From the NCBI RefSeq assembly GCF_009914755.1, contig NC_060931.1: DNA of 64,000 bases, one strand, 5' to 3'. The position numbers were made by a program, and so were the translations under genes. Positions 31,700-47,543 of the stretch are shown here, piece after piece; within the stretch, counting starts at the first letter, position 1, and each line of letters opens with the position of its first letter. Under the pieces are notes generated by a model. That model saw only the letters and a list, made by a program, of their open reading frames with translations. It did no database searches and was not told the origin of the DNA. This stretch comes from the human T2T-CHM13v2.0 reference genome, Homo sapiens.

Positions 31700-32580
31700 G
31701 AAGGTGTGGTATAGCGTAGAACAATATGGTAACTGAAGGCAGTTCAGAAGGGGTGAAGAAATTGGAGGAAAACATCTGTCTGCTCCAGGTGAACTGTGTT
31801 CCAGGAAATGGAGAGAACTTTGAATGATGTCTCAACCTTTGTCGGTGACTTTAGAGAGAGCTTGCAGAATGTTAATATTGCTTTAAAAAAGGGAGTGGGT
31901 GGGTGTGAACAAATGAAACGCCAAATTTGAAAAATGCAGATTTCACAAATCACAGATCAATGACCTTAATGCCATTTTGGAGCAAGATTCTAGGAATGGC
32001 TTAAGAAGGGGATGACTTATGGGCTCCCAGAAGAGGAAGTGAGGATCATTAGAACTCCACAAAGGATATATAAGAACTCCACATATAAGAACATGACAGA
32101 CTTACCAAATTTTCTTCATAGGTTTACATGACTTCTAGATGAAGGAGGTATTAGCTAAAAGGAACACTAACAACCAGAAAGTATCAGAAACCAGAGAAGA
32201 GCAAGCACAAGAATGAACAAGGGGTATTTAGTCTGGAGGAAAGAAGATGTAGGAAGAACATGATGACTGATGTCAAGGGCAAGAAGGACCACTAAATGGA
32301 AGACAAATCAGGCCTCATTGTGGGCCTCTAGAAAGCAAAAACAAAAGCCAATGAGTATAATTATACAGACTTAGGAGAAAGCTCAGTATAGGGAAGAACT
32401 GTGTAGCTACTTTCACTGTCTGAAGTGGAGTGGGCCGCTTGCAGACAAAGTGATTCCCCCATCACTTCAAGTGTGCAAGCAGAAGCTGGTCATTCACTCT
32501 TTGGAAAATGTTGTAAAAGAGATTCATGCATTATTACATGTGTGTTTGACTCTAGACTCTTCTGATTTTGAGATCCTATG
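31700..32580 (+). mobile_element. CR1/L3 fossil
   Basis: ggggtatttagtctggaggaaagaaga and ccccatcacttcaagtgtgcaagcagaagctgg resemble the L3 3' region. Confidence 0.55.
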
Positions 32581-33629
32581 ATCTGGGATGGTGTTGGTGC
32601 AAATGGGAAGAAATAGGTTGGAAACCCAAAGATGGTGATGCTATAGCTAGCAGAGTGGAAGGAATCGGAAGCAGGCAGCAGGAAGAAACTTAGATCACCC
32701 AATTAAGAAAAGATAGTCATGCAACCGTCTTAGCCCCGAGGACCAGGATCATCCCATAATAATATAGGGCTGCCCAAGGTAATTGCACTTCAAAGGAGGC
32801 CATGAATCAATAACTTTATAGGATTTTTGGGATTTCATCAAGGACAAACATTTCAAAATAGAATTTTAATGATGTTCAGTAAAGAGGAGGATAGTGTACC
32901 ATTTGGGTTCCCACTGCAAGCAGGGCCCGAAATACAGGACTGCTGAGGACCTTGGGGAGTGGGCCAGGCACATCCTTGGAAGCAGGCCTCAGGTACAGGC
33001 CAGGAGAAACTAGATGGGTGGCACAATGGAAGAGGAAGGAAAGATAAGGACAAAATAAACAGGTACATTTACTAGGAATGAACAACTGCCTGGACTGCCA
33101 GTGGTCTCAGGGGCACCCCCTTCGGCCGGGTTTAAGAAGAGAGGAAAGCTGGAAACCAGGAGACTGGGGCTTGAAGGCCCCCTGTGCCCTGATTTCGCGA
33201 GTGACCTTGTAGATGTCATTTCACCCCTTTTCTACCTCCCTGTTATCAAATGCAGGCAGCTTGTTAGCCTAAAAGTGCTCTCGACTTTAGTGAAGAAGAT
33301 AACTTTAGAAATTTAAGACGTTGTCTGCATGAGTGCAAAGTGTTTGCGCTTATTTGTTTCTCTATTTTCAAGGTTGGGGGAGGGTGCACTGGTTAAGGGG
33401 GGTGGGTAGAAAGGAAGATTAGAAGACACTGGGGCCAAAGTCACTTGACTCCATCTCGACATCCTAGGGCAGCCAGAGGGCAGAGATCTGGCCAAGGGCG
33501 CATGCCTGCAGTCCCTCGACCAGCCGGGCACCCGAGAATCCAGCGGGCCTCCTCAGGCTCTGCTGTCCCTTGGGCAAATCCCATTGCAGAATCCAGGGGT
33601 GAAAAGCGAAAGCGAGGCACGCCCCTCCC

Positions 33630-33644
33630 CCACTAGATGGCACT
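33630..33644 (+). promoter_or_regulatory. CTCF consensus site
   Basis: CCACTAGATGGCACT matches the core CCASYAGRKGGCRS exactly; a weaker same-strand match CAGCCAGAGGGCAG lies at 33470-33483. Confidence 0.65.
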
Positions 33645-35493
33645 GAAACGCCTCGTTCGCGCTTTTCAAAATGCAGGAAGGGCGGGGGAGAGAGAGAGAG
33701 AGAGAGGGAAAAAAAAAAAAGACAAAAAGAATATGGTGGAGGTGCGCTCATTTTGGCTCACAAGCCCCGTTGTGCAAAGCAGGGTGTCAGAGACTCTCTT
33801 TTTCCCCAGGGCAACTCTTTACCCGGCAATGCCGGACCTCGACTTTGGGGTGAGGGTGAAAACGAGGGGTGAGCATTAGAGTGAAAAACCCAGCGTTTGA
33901 TGCCGGGAGGGAGGGTCCCAGCCTTTGCGGCGCCGTCTCACGTGAGCAGAGCAGGGGGGCTGAAGTTGGGATGAAGCGGGGCTTGCCTGGGGCCCACCCG
34001 CTCAAGGTCTGGGGTCCGGCGCTACCTCCCAGAGCCCCTGCAGAGCCTAAATCCAGCGGCCACCCTTACAAAATGACAAACCCTGCATCGAGGTTTCTTT
34101 TAACCCCACCTTCCCTCAACGCTCGAGCTCTCCAGCGTTTTCAAAATATCTACTAACGGACCACCCCCCATCCACCATTAAATTTCTCTCGTCTTGAGTC
34201 GATCAGCCAAATTTCTTCTTTCTGTTCCTGCCGAGGAGGGAGGGCAGGTGGAGGTGGGTGTGTGTCGGGGTGCCTGGCTCTGGCTTGGGACTGGACTGGG
34301 GCTGGCCGGATAACTCCGCAGCCGCTCTCAGCTCAGTCCTAGGTGGAAACGCCTGTAGCTTGCAAGGTAGCGCCTGTGGCTTTCTGGGGAAAAAAAGATC
34401 AAATGCCTCCCAAGACACCAGCGACCCAAACCGGGGATGCAGGGAGCTCGCTTGGCCCCTTTGAAGGCCGACTCCGCAATAAGCAGTTTTTCCTTTAAAT
34501 AACCGTAGTGGATTTGAGAGAATTTTCCATGGCTGAAAAGAGAAACAGGAGCTGTAGGCAACATCCCTAAATTTATAATAATGCATGTAAACATGCTACA
34601 TACCACATATATGTATATGTGCATAAATATGGATGTGGTTGGGCACATACCTATCTAGACACCATTGACTTGCCTGGTCAAAGAATAAGACTTAGACATT
34701 TCGTGCCTGGGAAATGGTGCAGTTTATCTTTAAGGAGACTAGAAAAATAAGAGATGAGGCTCACGTTGCACGGATGACATCACTAGCTTTTGGCTGCGCG
34801 CTCAGTGTTCTCGTCTGTGGGTTTTAGCCAAGGCTGCAGCTACCCGCGCCGGACGAGAGAGCGCGGCAGCAGCTTCCTCCGGCGCCCGCACCCGGGCAAT
34901 GCGATTTCCCCAGTCCCCTGGGCGCAGCCTGGGCTCTCGCGCCTCCCGGGCACCAGCCGAGCCTGCGAGGCCTCGGAGCCGCCGCGGCTAGAGGAGGAGG
35001 CGACGAGGGGAAGCCGAGTGACCCAGCCTCCCTCCCCCACCCTCTCCTCATTCATCTCGGCGACCACCGCGCGCCGGGAGCCGGATCGTGGGACGCCGAG
35101 GCCAGGACGGGATTCTCTGCACGCTGTCGAGTGAGCCGGCATCTCGGCGCCCGGGTGGGCTGCGAAGAAAATGGTGCAATCTGAGAGCGACTGAGCCCAG
35201 CTGGGCAGAGCAGACGGGGTGCCAGAGTGCCAAGGGCTCAGGTGCCTGGAGAAAGGGGCGGATTGTTTGGAGGGGCCGGGACCGGGGTTTTCTTCGGTGC
35301 CTGCGGCATTTTCTTTGCACCTGGGCGGCAGGCTCCCGGGGCTCCCGGGTGCCAGATGAAGTGAGGCGGAGGCGTCGCGGGAGAGCCGGGTCCGGAGGCG
35401 GCCGGGTGGACACTCCAGGCAGAAGACGGCGCTGGGAAGAGCTGCGTGACGCTCGGGGGCTGGCGGCTGGGCCGGCAGCGCGCCGTGGCGGCG

Positions 35494-35514
35494 TGACCTG
35501 TCCATGGTGTTGAA
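35494..35514 (-). promoter_or_regulatory. RE1/NRSE-like REST site
   Basis: Minus strand TTCAACACCATGGACAGGTCA versus consensus TTCAGCACCACGGACAGCGCC, with canonical half-site spacing. Confidence 0.55.
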
Positions 35515-36212
35515 GGCGCGGTGGGCCGAGCCCCTAGCGCCGCGCGCAGTGAGCGCTGCCTGGTGCACCCTCCGCCGCGCAGCCCGCCCCTCGCGTCCGC
35601 CAGCAGCCGCCCAGTCTCCGCAGATCCCAGGCCGGGTCTCGTCCGGTAACGCCGCCCGGGTGAACACGCTGTCGGCCCGAGGGGCCGCCTGAATGGCGAT
35701 GCCAGAGGCAGGGCACCGGGGAGCTCGCGGGGAAAGGTCGGCCGAGAGCGTGCGTCCGCGGGGAGTGCGCCTCTGAGCGCAGCACGCGGGTCAGAAGGAG
35801 CAACCGACCTGCTGGTGACCAGAGAACGGAGATTTTAAGAGGACCCGACCCAAAGAGGAAGAACATTTCTGGGTGCGCGCCCCAGGTCTTTGCTTGCAGA
35901 CGGGGAGGGGGAGAGGCTCTGAGCCAGAGACCCAGGAGGGACTCCGAGAAGCCGGCCCCAGCACCTGGAGGTTTCTTTCGCCCGCCGGCCGCATCCGGGG
36001 CGTTCTACTTCACCCGGTGGTCCAGTGGCGCCTCCTGACAGCACCCCCCGTCCCCCTCAGAGAGACAGGCGAGTTCTGTCCCGTCACCATCCTGCACAAA
36101 GAAGCCCCACCGCAGCCGAGGACACTTGGCATTTAGTTTCCGGCCCGAGGGCAGCGGCGCCCGAAGCCGGGCTGGGAGCCGAGGCGGCTGCTTCGGGGCA
36201 GTCGCTTCCTGC

Positions 36213-36230
36213 GGGGCGGGGAGGGGGCGG
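36213..36230 (+). promoter_or_regulatory. Overlapping GC boxes / G-quadruplex motif
   Basis: GGGGCGGGAGGGGGCGGG: four G-runs with 1-nt loops, ~290 bp before the ATG. Confidence 0.6.
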
Positions 36231-36485
36231 GAGGCGGCCGCGCTGGGTTCGCCGCCGCCGGAGGCTGCACCTGCCTCAGAGGATGCCCAGGAGCCCGCGG
36301 GAGCCTCTCCGGATCAGAACTTTTTAGGCCGCCCGCCCCCATCCCCGCAGTCCCCGGGCCGTGCTCCGGTAGGCGGGGGCCGAGGGGGCGCCGCGGCGCG
36401 AGTCCCTCTCCTGCCCCCTCCCCCAGCTCGGCCGCCCGCCGCTTTGTTCCGGGTGCGGCGAGGGAAGGCGAGGCTGCGGCGGATC

Positions 36486-36500
36486 ATGCCCATGGTGTAG
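36486..36500 (+). promoter_or_regulatory. uORF M-P-M-V-stop in the TMEM178B leader
   Basis: ATG CCC ATG GTG TAG, in frame with the main ATG and ending 15 nt before it. Confidence 0.7.
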
Positions 36501-36944
<444 letters not shown>

Positions 36945-38816
36945 TAGGCCCCGCAGCCCCTCGCGTCTCCTTCCCAGGCCACAGGCTATCAGGTCTCTGG
37001 GTTCCAGGCGGTCCGGTTATCCAGGCCTGGCTGAGCCTCGGGGCCAGGACTTGCCTCCCAATAGCTGTTAATGAAGCTTGGTGCAGGCTTAACTCTCTCC
37101 CCTGCCTCTCCTTTCGCGCGTCTCTGTCGGGATTCGAGTGGAACCTCATGGTCCAGGGTTCTTATCCAGGATAATGCTTCATCAGCCTCTGAGAAGAAGG
37201 GAATCTGGAACGTTGTTTGTGCTCTTAAAGGAAGCCCTTTAGGAGTCATGTGTCAGGGGTAGACAGGTTCCTAATTTTTGTTGAACTGATTTAATCAAGG
37301 AAAATTGGGGGAAACATTTCACAGAGAAGGCCTTATTCATACCAGAAACGTTTGCTGAGCGCTATACTATACCAGATATGGTGTAGGCACTGGTCATATA
37401 AACATCAATAAATCACAGCCCCTGTCCTGTAAGCAGCTCCAAGCCAGCTGACCAGCAGCATCATATCACAATTCTTTATGTCTCCTTCTGAAACAGTGGT
37501 TGACTGTAGTGACTTCTGTGCATCGAATATCAACAAGGTCTAATAAGTAAAAAAAAAATAGTTCTTTCAGTAACATCAAAGTGGGCATGTCAGAGAAAAA
37601 AAATAAGATTTTCAGAAAATGTATATAAAAATTCCCAAAGTGTATGTCAAAACACAAAACAAGCTGCATTTGCTAATGATAAAAATTTATTTGATACTTT
37701 AATATGATCACATTACTTAAAAAATTCTGCTTATCGGATGGAATTTGTAAACCTTGTATGATTTATACTTTGGGAACCATCCTGTTGTCAACCCACTGGA
37801 ATATTGTTTGAATGTGTATTAAAACTGCTCTGAAGAAAGGAATATGTTCTCTTCTATGGTAGCTACATCCTAGGAAGATGTGCAGATTTTATGAGTCTGG
37901 TTTTTTTCCCCTTGTGTTTCATTCTCTTTAACTATTAAATGGTGATGTCAAGGTGACAAAGATACTATTATTTGCAAAGTTTTTAAGGCCAAGATATAAA
38001 AGCAGTTCTTAGTGTCTCATTATAATGCTGTGAGGTTTGCTGCTGTATTAAAATAATATTTATGAGAACTGATGTTCTTTGATGGATACAAGTGTGCAAT
38101 TGATCAGAAAAAATTGTTAATTTGCAAAAAAGTCAAGTGTTTAAGAATGACAAGCAGTGGGTCTGGTCTAGGTGGCCAGGTCAGATTTAGGTGAGGTGGC
38201 TTCAGAGACAGAATCTATCTGTTTGTTTTGTAGCTTCTTTAGAATGACTAGGGATTTTAGCTGATTTTGTTATTGGTGTGTTAATACAACCAATATCCCA
38301 TTTGCTTCACAATTGGGTTCTTATTGGAACAAGGTGACCCATTTGGAGCACTACCACTTTGTAAAGATGTACAGAATATTAGGGGAGTCCAGAAGAGACC
38401 AACTTGGGTTTGGCTGCCAAGGAAGGAAAACAAGAGGGCCTAGAATAGTTTTTGACAATGAGTGACCTTATAACAGTTTTGAGATTCTCAGATTTATAAA
38501 GTGTTATTTTATCCATGATTTTCTGCTTTCTTTAAAATTGAAATGAGAGGAAGTTAGCTGAAATGTGAGGGAGAATTCATGTTAATAATGAACAGCAAAC
38601 ACTGGGAGAATTTGTTGAAGGATATTCTTACTTTTCCTTCCTTGAATGCCTTCTAGAATAAGAGAGGTATCCCTTCTTGTGTTGGTTAACCCCACTTAGA
38701 GAAAGGGGGATGGAATTCATGGTTTCTGGCGGTTCCATTCAGAGCTTTGATTCCCTGTTGCTCTGCTTGGCAGTCTGACTAGAAAGGTTGACTTGGTCTG
38801 TGCACCGGAGGGGTTG

Positions 38817-38830
38817 GTTGCCATAGTGAC
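38817..38830. promoter_or_regulatory. RFX X-box motif in unique intronic sequence
   Basis: GTTGCCATAGTGAC (consensus GTTGCCATGGCAAC), next to an ETS core CTTCCGG. Confidence 0.4.
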
Positions 38831-40659
38831 ATGTTCTTCCGGTGAAGCTGGAAACAGAGACAGGGAAAGGGATAGGGGAAGAATGTACAACATTTTGATT
38901 TTGTATCGACTGATTTTTAATTGCAGCAACAGAAAATGGACATGGCACAGCAGGGGTATTGAATACACTGATACCTAGAGTTGGCAGGGCATTGTATTTC
39001 ACTTGAACTAATGGAAATAGTGTTCCCCATCGCCCAAAATACAGCAATCACTGTCAGCGGCAAGCACCCGCTTACCATGGCTGTTTCTGTCCATTTGACA
39101 TTCTTGTTAGGTATTATTGAGATAGATGACATGCCAGCCTTACAAATCTTGAGAGAGTTAAGGTCACTATCTTCATTTTTAACCTCAACACACACTCTTT
39201 GAAAACCAGATCTTCCTTTTCTGAGCAGCAATAGACACATTTTGGAAATAAGTGCATGTTATATTAGTAGAATTCACAAGCAATTCCAATAACATATAGA
39301 ACACAATTTTTACACTTAGTGTTCCTCTTAGATGGGCAGATTTTATAAGGAAGTTAAAAAGAGAAACTGATATCCCTATATTTAAATGAGACATTTTAGA
39401 AAAAGATGTTTATCTCACATTATTCATTAGAAACTGCAAAAGAGATCTCAGACCTCTGTCTTCTTTGAAATATCTACTTTGATTAAAATTCTGGAAGATA
39501 TGTAATGGGCAAGGGAAAAAGAAAACCAGAGAAAAGACTTTAAAATCCGTTAATATATAGGAAAATTAGAGACTTATCTAAATGATCTAAAGAACTTAGT
39601 TATTTGTTAAATCGATGTTCATTACATTAGAAAGTGCTATTTGTGCATTTCAACATAAAACCACATAATTAATAAGAAAACGAACATCAAATCTATGTCT
39701 GATTTGAAGGTAAAGTCCTCTGGATTCATATTCATTCTGAAATCCATTCCCCTCCAGGACCTTCTGCCATGCTGTACCCACACGTATGCATTTCTCATCA
39801 CTGTGTATTCATTTGTTTGCATTATTAAACTGTAAGTTCCTAGAGGTCAGGAAAGACCATCATTTGTTAAATACATTCACCAGATGCTTGGTATTTGGGA
39901 AATATTTCATACAAATTAGGTTCACAGAAATGTATCCATCCAAGCTTATTCTAATTATAGAAACACTTGTGTGAGAATTTAAGTAAAAAATTAGAAAATC
40001 GTGATGGGAAAATATGAAACAGTGTGGCTGTCAGGCCAGGTCAATATTGCAACAAATGCTACATAATCTATGAAGGGACGATTTCTTGAGCTTTGCCAAA
40101 GAATAAGGAAAACAGACAATTCTGTTTTGGATAACATGTCACTAAGCAGACACATATCACTTGTGGACATTATTTTTTATGATGGATAAGGTTTTAATTA
40201 TTTCCTTCTTGGGGGTAAGATTGGATATAGGGTACAGCAAGGGTAGATTACCCTGAATTCCCATTTGTTGGCATCCATGACAAGTCTTAAATCAGGTCCT
40301 TTTGTCTTCTTGCTTTTAAATCTCATCCATGTCTCCCTAGTAAGTGACTGCAGGCACTGGGGACAGATCAGTGACAAGATCAGTTTCTGAAATCCAAGAG
40401 ACTTCCAGACCCTTAGGAGGAGGAGTTATAGGTAGGATTTTGTTCTAGGGAACTCTAAGGGGAAAATTATATTATTTGGTTTGTACTAAAATATTATATT
40501 GATATAGTTTGAAATAAGTAGAACTTCAACTGATACTCTAAGAACTTTTTATTATTTGAAAATTGGCCTTATAATAGACTTTGACTTAAAGAGTTCCCAT
40601 AATCACAGAGTGGTTGTCAATACTCCAAAAGTAATTTTAAGAAAACATTCACATATTTA

Positions 40660-41120
40660 AAAATTAATAATGGGATCAGCAAATATTTACTACACATGTA
40701 TTGTGTTATGGGCACACATCGCTAGGATGAAGAAATGCATAAGATCTGGTCCTCAGAATTTGCATAGTCTGTTAGTGTCAGAGAAAATAGGTTACAACTA
40801 CAGGATGATGAGAGCAGCAACAGAAACAGATGCAGAGGAACACAGAGAAAGTGATGGTGGATTGTGTCGGCAGTAGCGGGAGGTAGGCAGGAGGAGGTTA
40901 GGGAAAGTTGTCCTGAGGAAATGAAATCTGAACAAGATGTTTGATAAGGTTTGGAGGTGGATGTGGAGGAAGGATATTTCAGGCAATGGGCCAGCATATG
41001 CACAGCCATAGAGGTGTGGAACAGCAGTTTGGCCTTGTGAGTGTTGATTTCTGGGGCAAGGAGAAGGAGCAGACCAGGAGCTGGAGAGCAGCCATGGACC
41101 AAGTCAGGGAGCTCGTATAT
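40660..41120 (-). mobile_element. L2 fragment
   Basis: cagcaaatatttac...gggaaagttgtcctgaggaaatgaaatctgaac. Confidence 0.6.
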
Positions 41121-41134
41121 CAAATCCCCTACAG

Positions 41135-41640
<506 letters not shown>

Positions 41641-41934
41641 CACGCAGAGCCTATAGCCTCTAAAAGAACCAAGCACATAACTTTGTTTCAGATGAGTATA
41701 ATTCCATGATAACTTGGGTTTAAATTTAAGTATATCATTCTACACTTTAAGAAACTGCTACTTGAATATATTGGGCAGAAGGCTTTAGTTCATGGTCAAT
41801 TATAGTAAATTTATATTTTAATTTTCTATCATCAACTCACAGAATTCTCACAAGCTTCTCCCTTCTTCCCTCCTGCCCTCTCCATCTCCATTAAACATCA
41901 CTTGCAAAGTTGGTGGGGTGGGAAAGAGATTAAT

Positions 41935-42180
41935 GATAATTATAGCCAATCTTGATGACAGGTCTCTCCTAAAAGTTTTATATGTATTAGCTAATTTATT
42001 GTTCATAATAACCCTAGGAAGTATAAGTATTATTTTAAATTCTCATCCTAAATTTGAGGGAACTGAGGCACAGAAAGGTCAGATAACTTGTGAATTCTCA
42101 CAGTTAGTTAGGAAACAAAGGTGTCAGAATTTGAATTCTGGCTCCGGATGTGGGAACTCACCCACCACACTCTACCATCA
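41935..42180 (-). mobile_element. MIR
   Basis: gggaactgaggcacagaaaggtcagataacttg. Confidence 0.65.
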
Positions 42181-42543
42181 TCTTAGAATCTATCGGGGCA
42201 GGAGTGAGGTGGAGAAGAAACTGGGATATTGATTCCACAAATTGAGAATAAAAAGGAAATAATACTCTTGGAATCTCAATTCTAAATTGAAGTAATGAGA
42301 GTGGCTCACACACCCTGTTTTGAAGCTCACTGACCAAAGTGCATACACATTTTGTCATATAACTTTTGCTTATTTACTTCGCTTGCTGTGGTAGATGCTG
42401 AAATTATAGACATGAAGGACACATTCATTCATTCAACAAGTATTTATTGAGGGCCTTTGGGCTGTGCATCAGGTACAGTGTTGGACCAAATGGAGAAGCT
42501 TACATTCCAGAGGGGAGAGACGGACAATAAATAAATACTCCAC

Positions 42544-42833
42544 GGCTGGGCACGGTGGCGCACGCCTGTAATCCCAGAATTTTGGGAGGCTGAGGAGGGC
42601 GGATTACGAGGTCAAGAGATTGAGACCATCCTGGCCAACATGGTTGAAACCCTGTGTCTACAGAAAATACAAAAATTAGCTGGGTGTGGTGGCGCATGCC
42701 TGTAATCCCAGCTACTCGAGAGGCTGAGGCAGGAGAATGGCTTGAATCCAGGAAGCGGAGGTTGCAGTGAGCCGAGATCGTGCTACTGCACCCCAGCCTG
42801 GGTGATAGAGCGAGACTCCATCTGAAGAAAAAT
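42544..42833 (+). mobile_element. AluS (Sc-like)
   Basis: Dimeric Alu. Confidence 0.9.
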
Positions 42834-42960
42834 AGTCATAGAGTAAAAATAATATCTAATATATGAATCGTGTAATATAGCACAGGGTAATGGGCACCAT
42901 GAAGGTCTGCCCTTACGAAGCGCAAAGGGGAAGAATGACAAGTAAGGCAAAAATGAAATG

Positions 42961-44414
<1,454 letters not shown>

Positions 44415-45693
44415 TAGTTCCATACAAGGAGGCTTTGGGTGTTTCAGGGAAAAGAGGTGGTAAAACTAATATAGACTGGAGTTCAGGAGGTTTCATTAGC
44501 TGAGGGACCTCCACAGGCTCTTTCTTTCTGCATTCTTTATTGAATTCCTAGAGGGCAGGAACTGTTTAATGTCTAAAACACACTTGGGGTCCTGTACTTA
44601 GTAGGTTCTGAAAAACTGTTTGCTGATTAAAAAACTTAAAACATACTCACCTTCAAAGAAACACATGCAAACATCCATAGTCTTGTATACATGATGTGCA
44701 CCTCCTTGCGTATACGCCATGTGTATGCCCATATGTAATAAATAAACACTCATAGTCCCATCTCTCCTCCTCAATCATCCTAAAACTCAACTAACCAGTG
44801 AGAGTCAGTGATTCAAGAAGAAAACCTGTGACTTACTGGGCAAATGAATGGATGGAGTAAAGAGATGTGTTTTGAGCACCTGCTGTGTGCAGAGCTCTTT
44901 GCTACGTGTGGAGGGAGAACAAAAAGGCATGGTTGGTTCCTGTCCTAAGGGAGCTTACACTCCAGCTCATGGTTTCCCAAGTTCATTGTCATGTGCAGTG
45001 GTATCAGGTGCTTCCTCAGGAGGTCTTACCTGCATCAATTGGATAAGGAATCAACTAGTCAGGGAATGCAGGAGTGAGCTCTTTTTATTGAGTCAACAAA
45101 GTCTAGAGCCTTTTTTTCTGTTGAAGAGGTCAGTTTATTTATTCTTTTACTGTAGGGTCAATTAGAGGATCAATACTGTGTATTCCACTTTGGATTGTCA
45201 GTTGAAAACATTTCCCCCTCTTTGCTATTAGTAAGTAATCCTAGGCCTTCAGGCAGAATGCTAAACACACTTGGGTTAGTTTGACCCATCATACACAGAC
45301 ACGCACACCTCCCCCCACACACATCTAGATGTTAGATGTTACAATCACAAGCGTCTATTTAGATGCAGATATGTTTGTAACTTACTACTCCCAAACAATC
45401 CACAGAGAGAGGAGGAAGGGTGTGACTTGGTGAATGAATAGATGGAAAAATCATCCTAATGTCTTGATTGCTGTTTTCGAGAGAATTCATATATTCTTTT
45501 ATATGACTTATTTTCTCATATGTAAAATAATGTGTTTAGATTCTATAAACTCCAAGCCCTTTCATACTTTTACATTTGATGAGAAAGTTAGATTTAGGTG
45601 TCAAAGAGTAGATAATAGGTACATGGTTGAGGGAGGGTGAAAAGAGGGGCAAGGCAAAAGTTGATGGGGGGTGGGAAGAGAAAGAGGAAGGGA

Positions 45694-45695
45694 GG

Positions 45696-45739
<44 letters not shown>
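45694..45739. repeat. (GA)n-(GACA)n compound microsatellite
   Basis: Seen directly. Confidence 0.9.
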
Positions 45740-46092
45740 TGTGAGAGACAAAGCAATTTCTAAAGAGATCATCCTGGGTTCTAGTTTGCAATAGGAATAG
45801 CTAATTTCTTACCACTCTAAAAACATGTAATAAAAACGAACTTTTCCTCTTTCAAATGGCTTGAAATGTGATTTGCAGTTCAGGGTTTAAAATGAAAAAC
45901 CTAAGAGAAAGGTGATGACAGATGCACAACACTGTCAATGTACTTAATGCCACTGGACTTTAAAAGTGGTTAAAATGGTAAATTACCCCAAGGAAAAAAA
46001 AATACATTTAAACACTCAATAGAGAAAGGAACTGGATTCTGTTTAGTGTGTGGAATACTTCGTAGCCAAGGCTCTTCATTCATTCAGCAGAA

Positions 46093-46312
46093 TTTTTTTT
46101 TTTTTTGAGACAGAGTCTCGCTCTTGTTGCCCAGGCTATGTAGCTGGGATTACAGGCACATGCCGCCATGCCTGGCTAATTTTCGTATTTTTAGTAGAGA
46201 TGGGGCTTTGCCATTTTGGCCAGGCTGGTCTCGAACTCCTGACCTCAGGTGATATGCCTGCCTCGGCCTCCAAAAGTGCTGGGATTACAGGTATAAGCCA
46301 CCACGCCCAGCC
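46093..46312 (-). mobile_element. AluS with internal right-arm deletion
   Basis: cccaggct joins directly to gtagctgggattacagg. Confidence 0.85.
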
Positions 46313-47089
46313 TATTCAGCACATTTATTGAGCACCTACTATGTATTAGGCACAACCAAAGTATGCTTGGGATGCAGAAGTTAGTAAAACATGAAATTCC
46401 TGCCCTCGTAGGGCTTACAGCTAAACATTTTTGAGCCTTAGATTTTATTTGCTTTTTCTGAACAGAGCTTTTAAGGAGTACCAATATATAAAACAAGGAA
46501 AACTAATGAATACATCCCTTGGGCCATTTAAAAATCATTGAATGGTGAAGAACATTTCACTGAACTTATTTAAAAAATGTCTATTAAGCACCAACAATGC
46601 CAGGCACATTACTTGAGGTGAAAGATTTTGAGTGAAATCTGTTGTTTCTGTCCTCATGGAGCTAAAAAGTGAGGAGATAGGTAAACTCACAAGTACAAGC
46701 CCCCTGGTTGGTTCTATGGGAGATTTCTGTGCTGGGAGCCTGGATGGCTGGGCCCCATCTGGGAGCCGTCAGCGCATGTTTTGCAGAAAAGCGGACATGT
46801 GATCCTAAGATGTTCTTAGAGAGAGATTTGTGGATTGATAAGGTGGAATCTCAGCCTCCCTTAAAAGTTATGAGCCCCGACTAGGTAATGCTTGTCTAGT
46901 CTCCCTGCCACCCCTGCTTGTCCCCCAGATGCCTGTCCTTCTCCTAAAAGGCAGCCATTGCTGCCCAAATTTTATAAATCATATCATATCAGAGATCGTA
47001 TATTCATGATGTTTAAAAACAGCAAGTATAAATATAAGCCGGGCAGCAAACAGGTGATTCAAAGATGAAAAAAGTGTATTGTTTTGTAA

Positions 47090-47543
<454 letters not shown>

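Noticed and set aside
34790-36500. Long ORFs in the CpG island (e.g. 275 aa at 34840-35667 minus, 124 aa at 36126-36500)
   Set aside because: Stop codons are rare in GC-rich DNA; many use non-ATG starts, are low-complexity Arg/Pro/Ala/Gly and show no recognisable domain.
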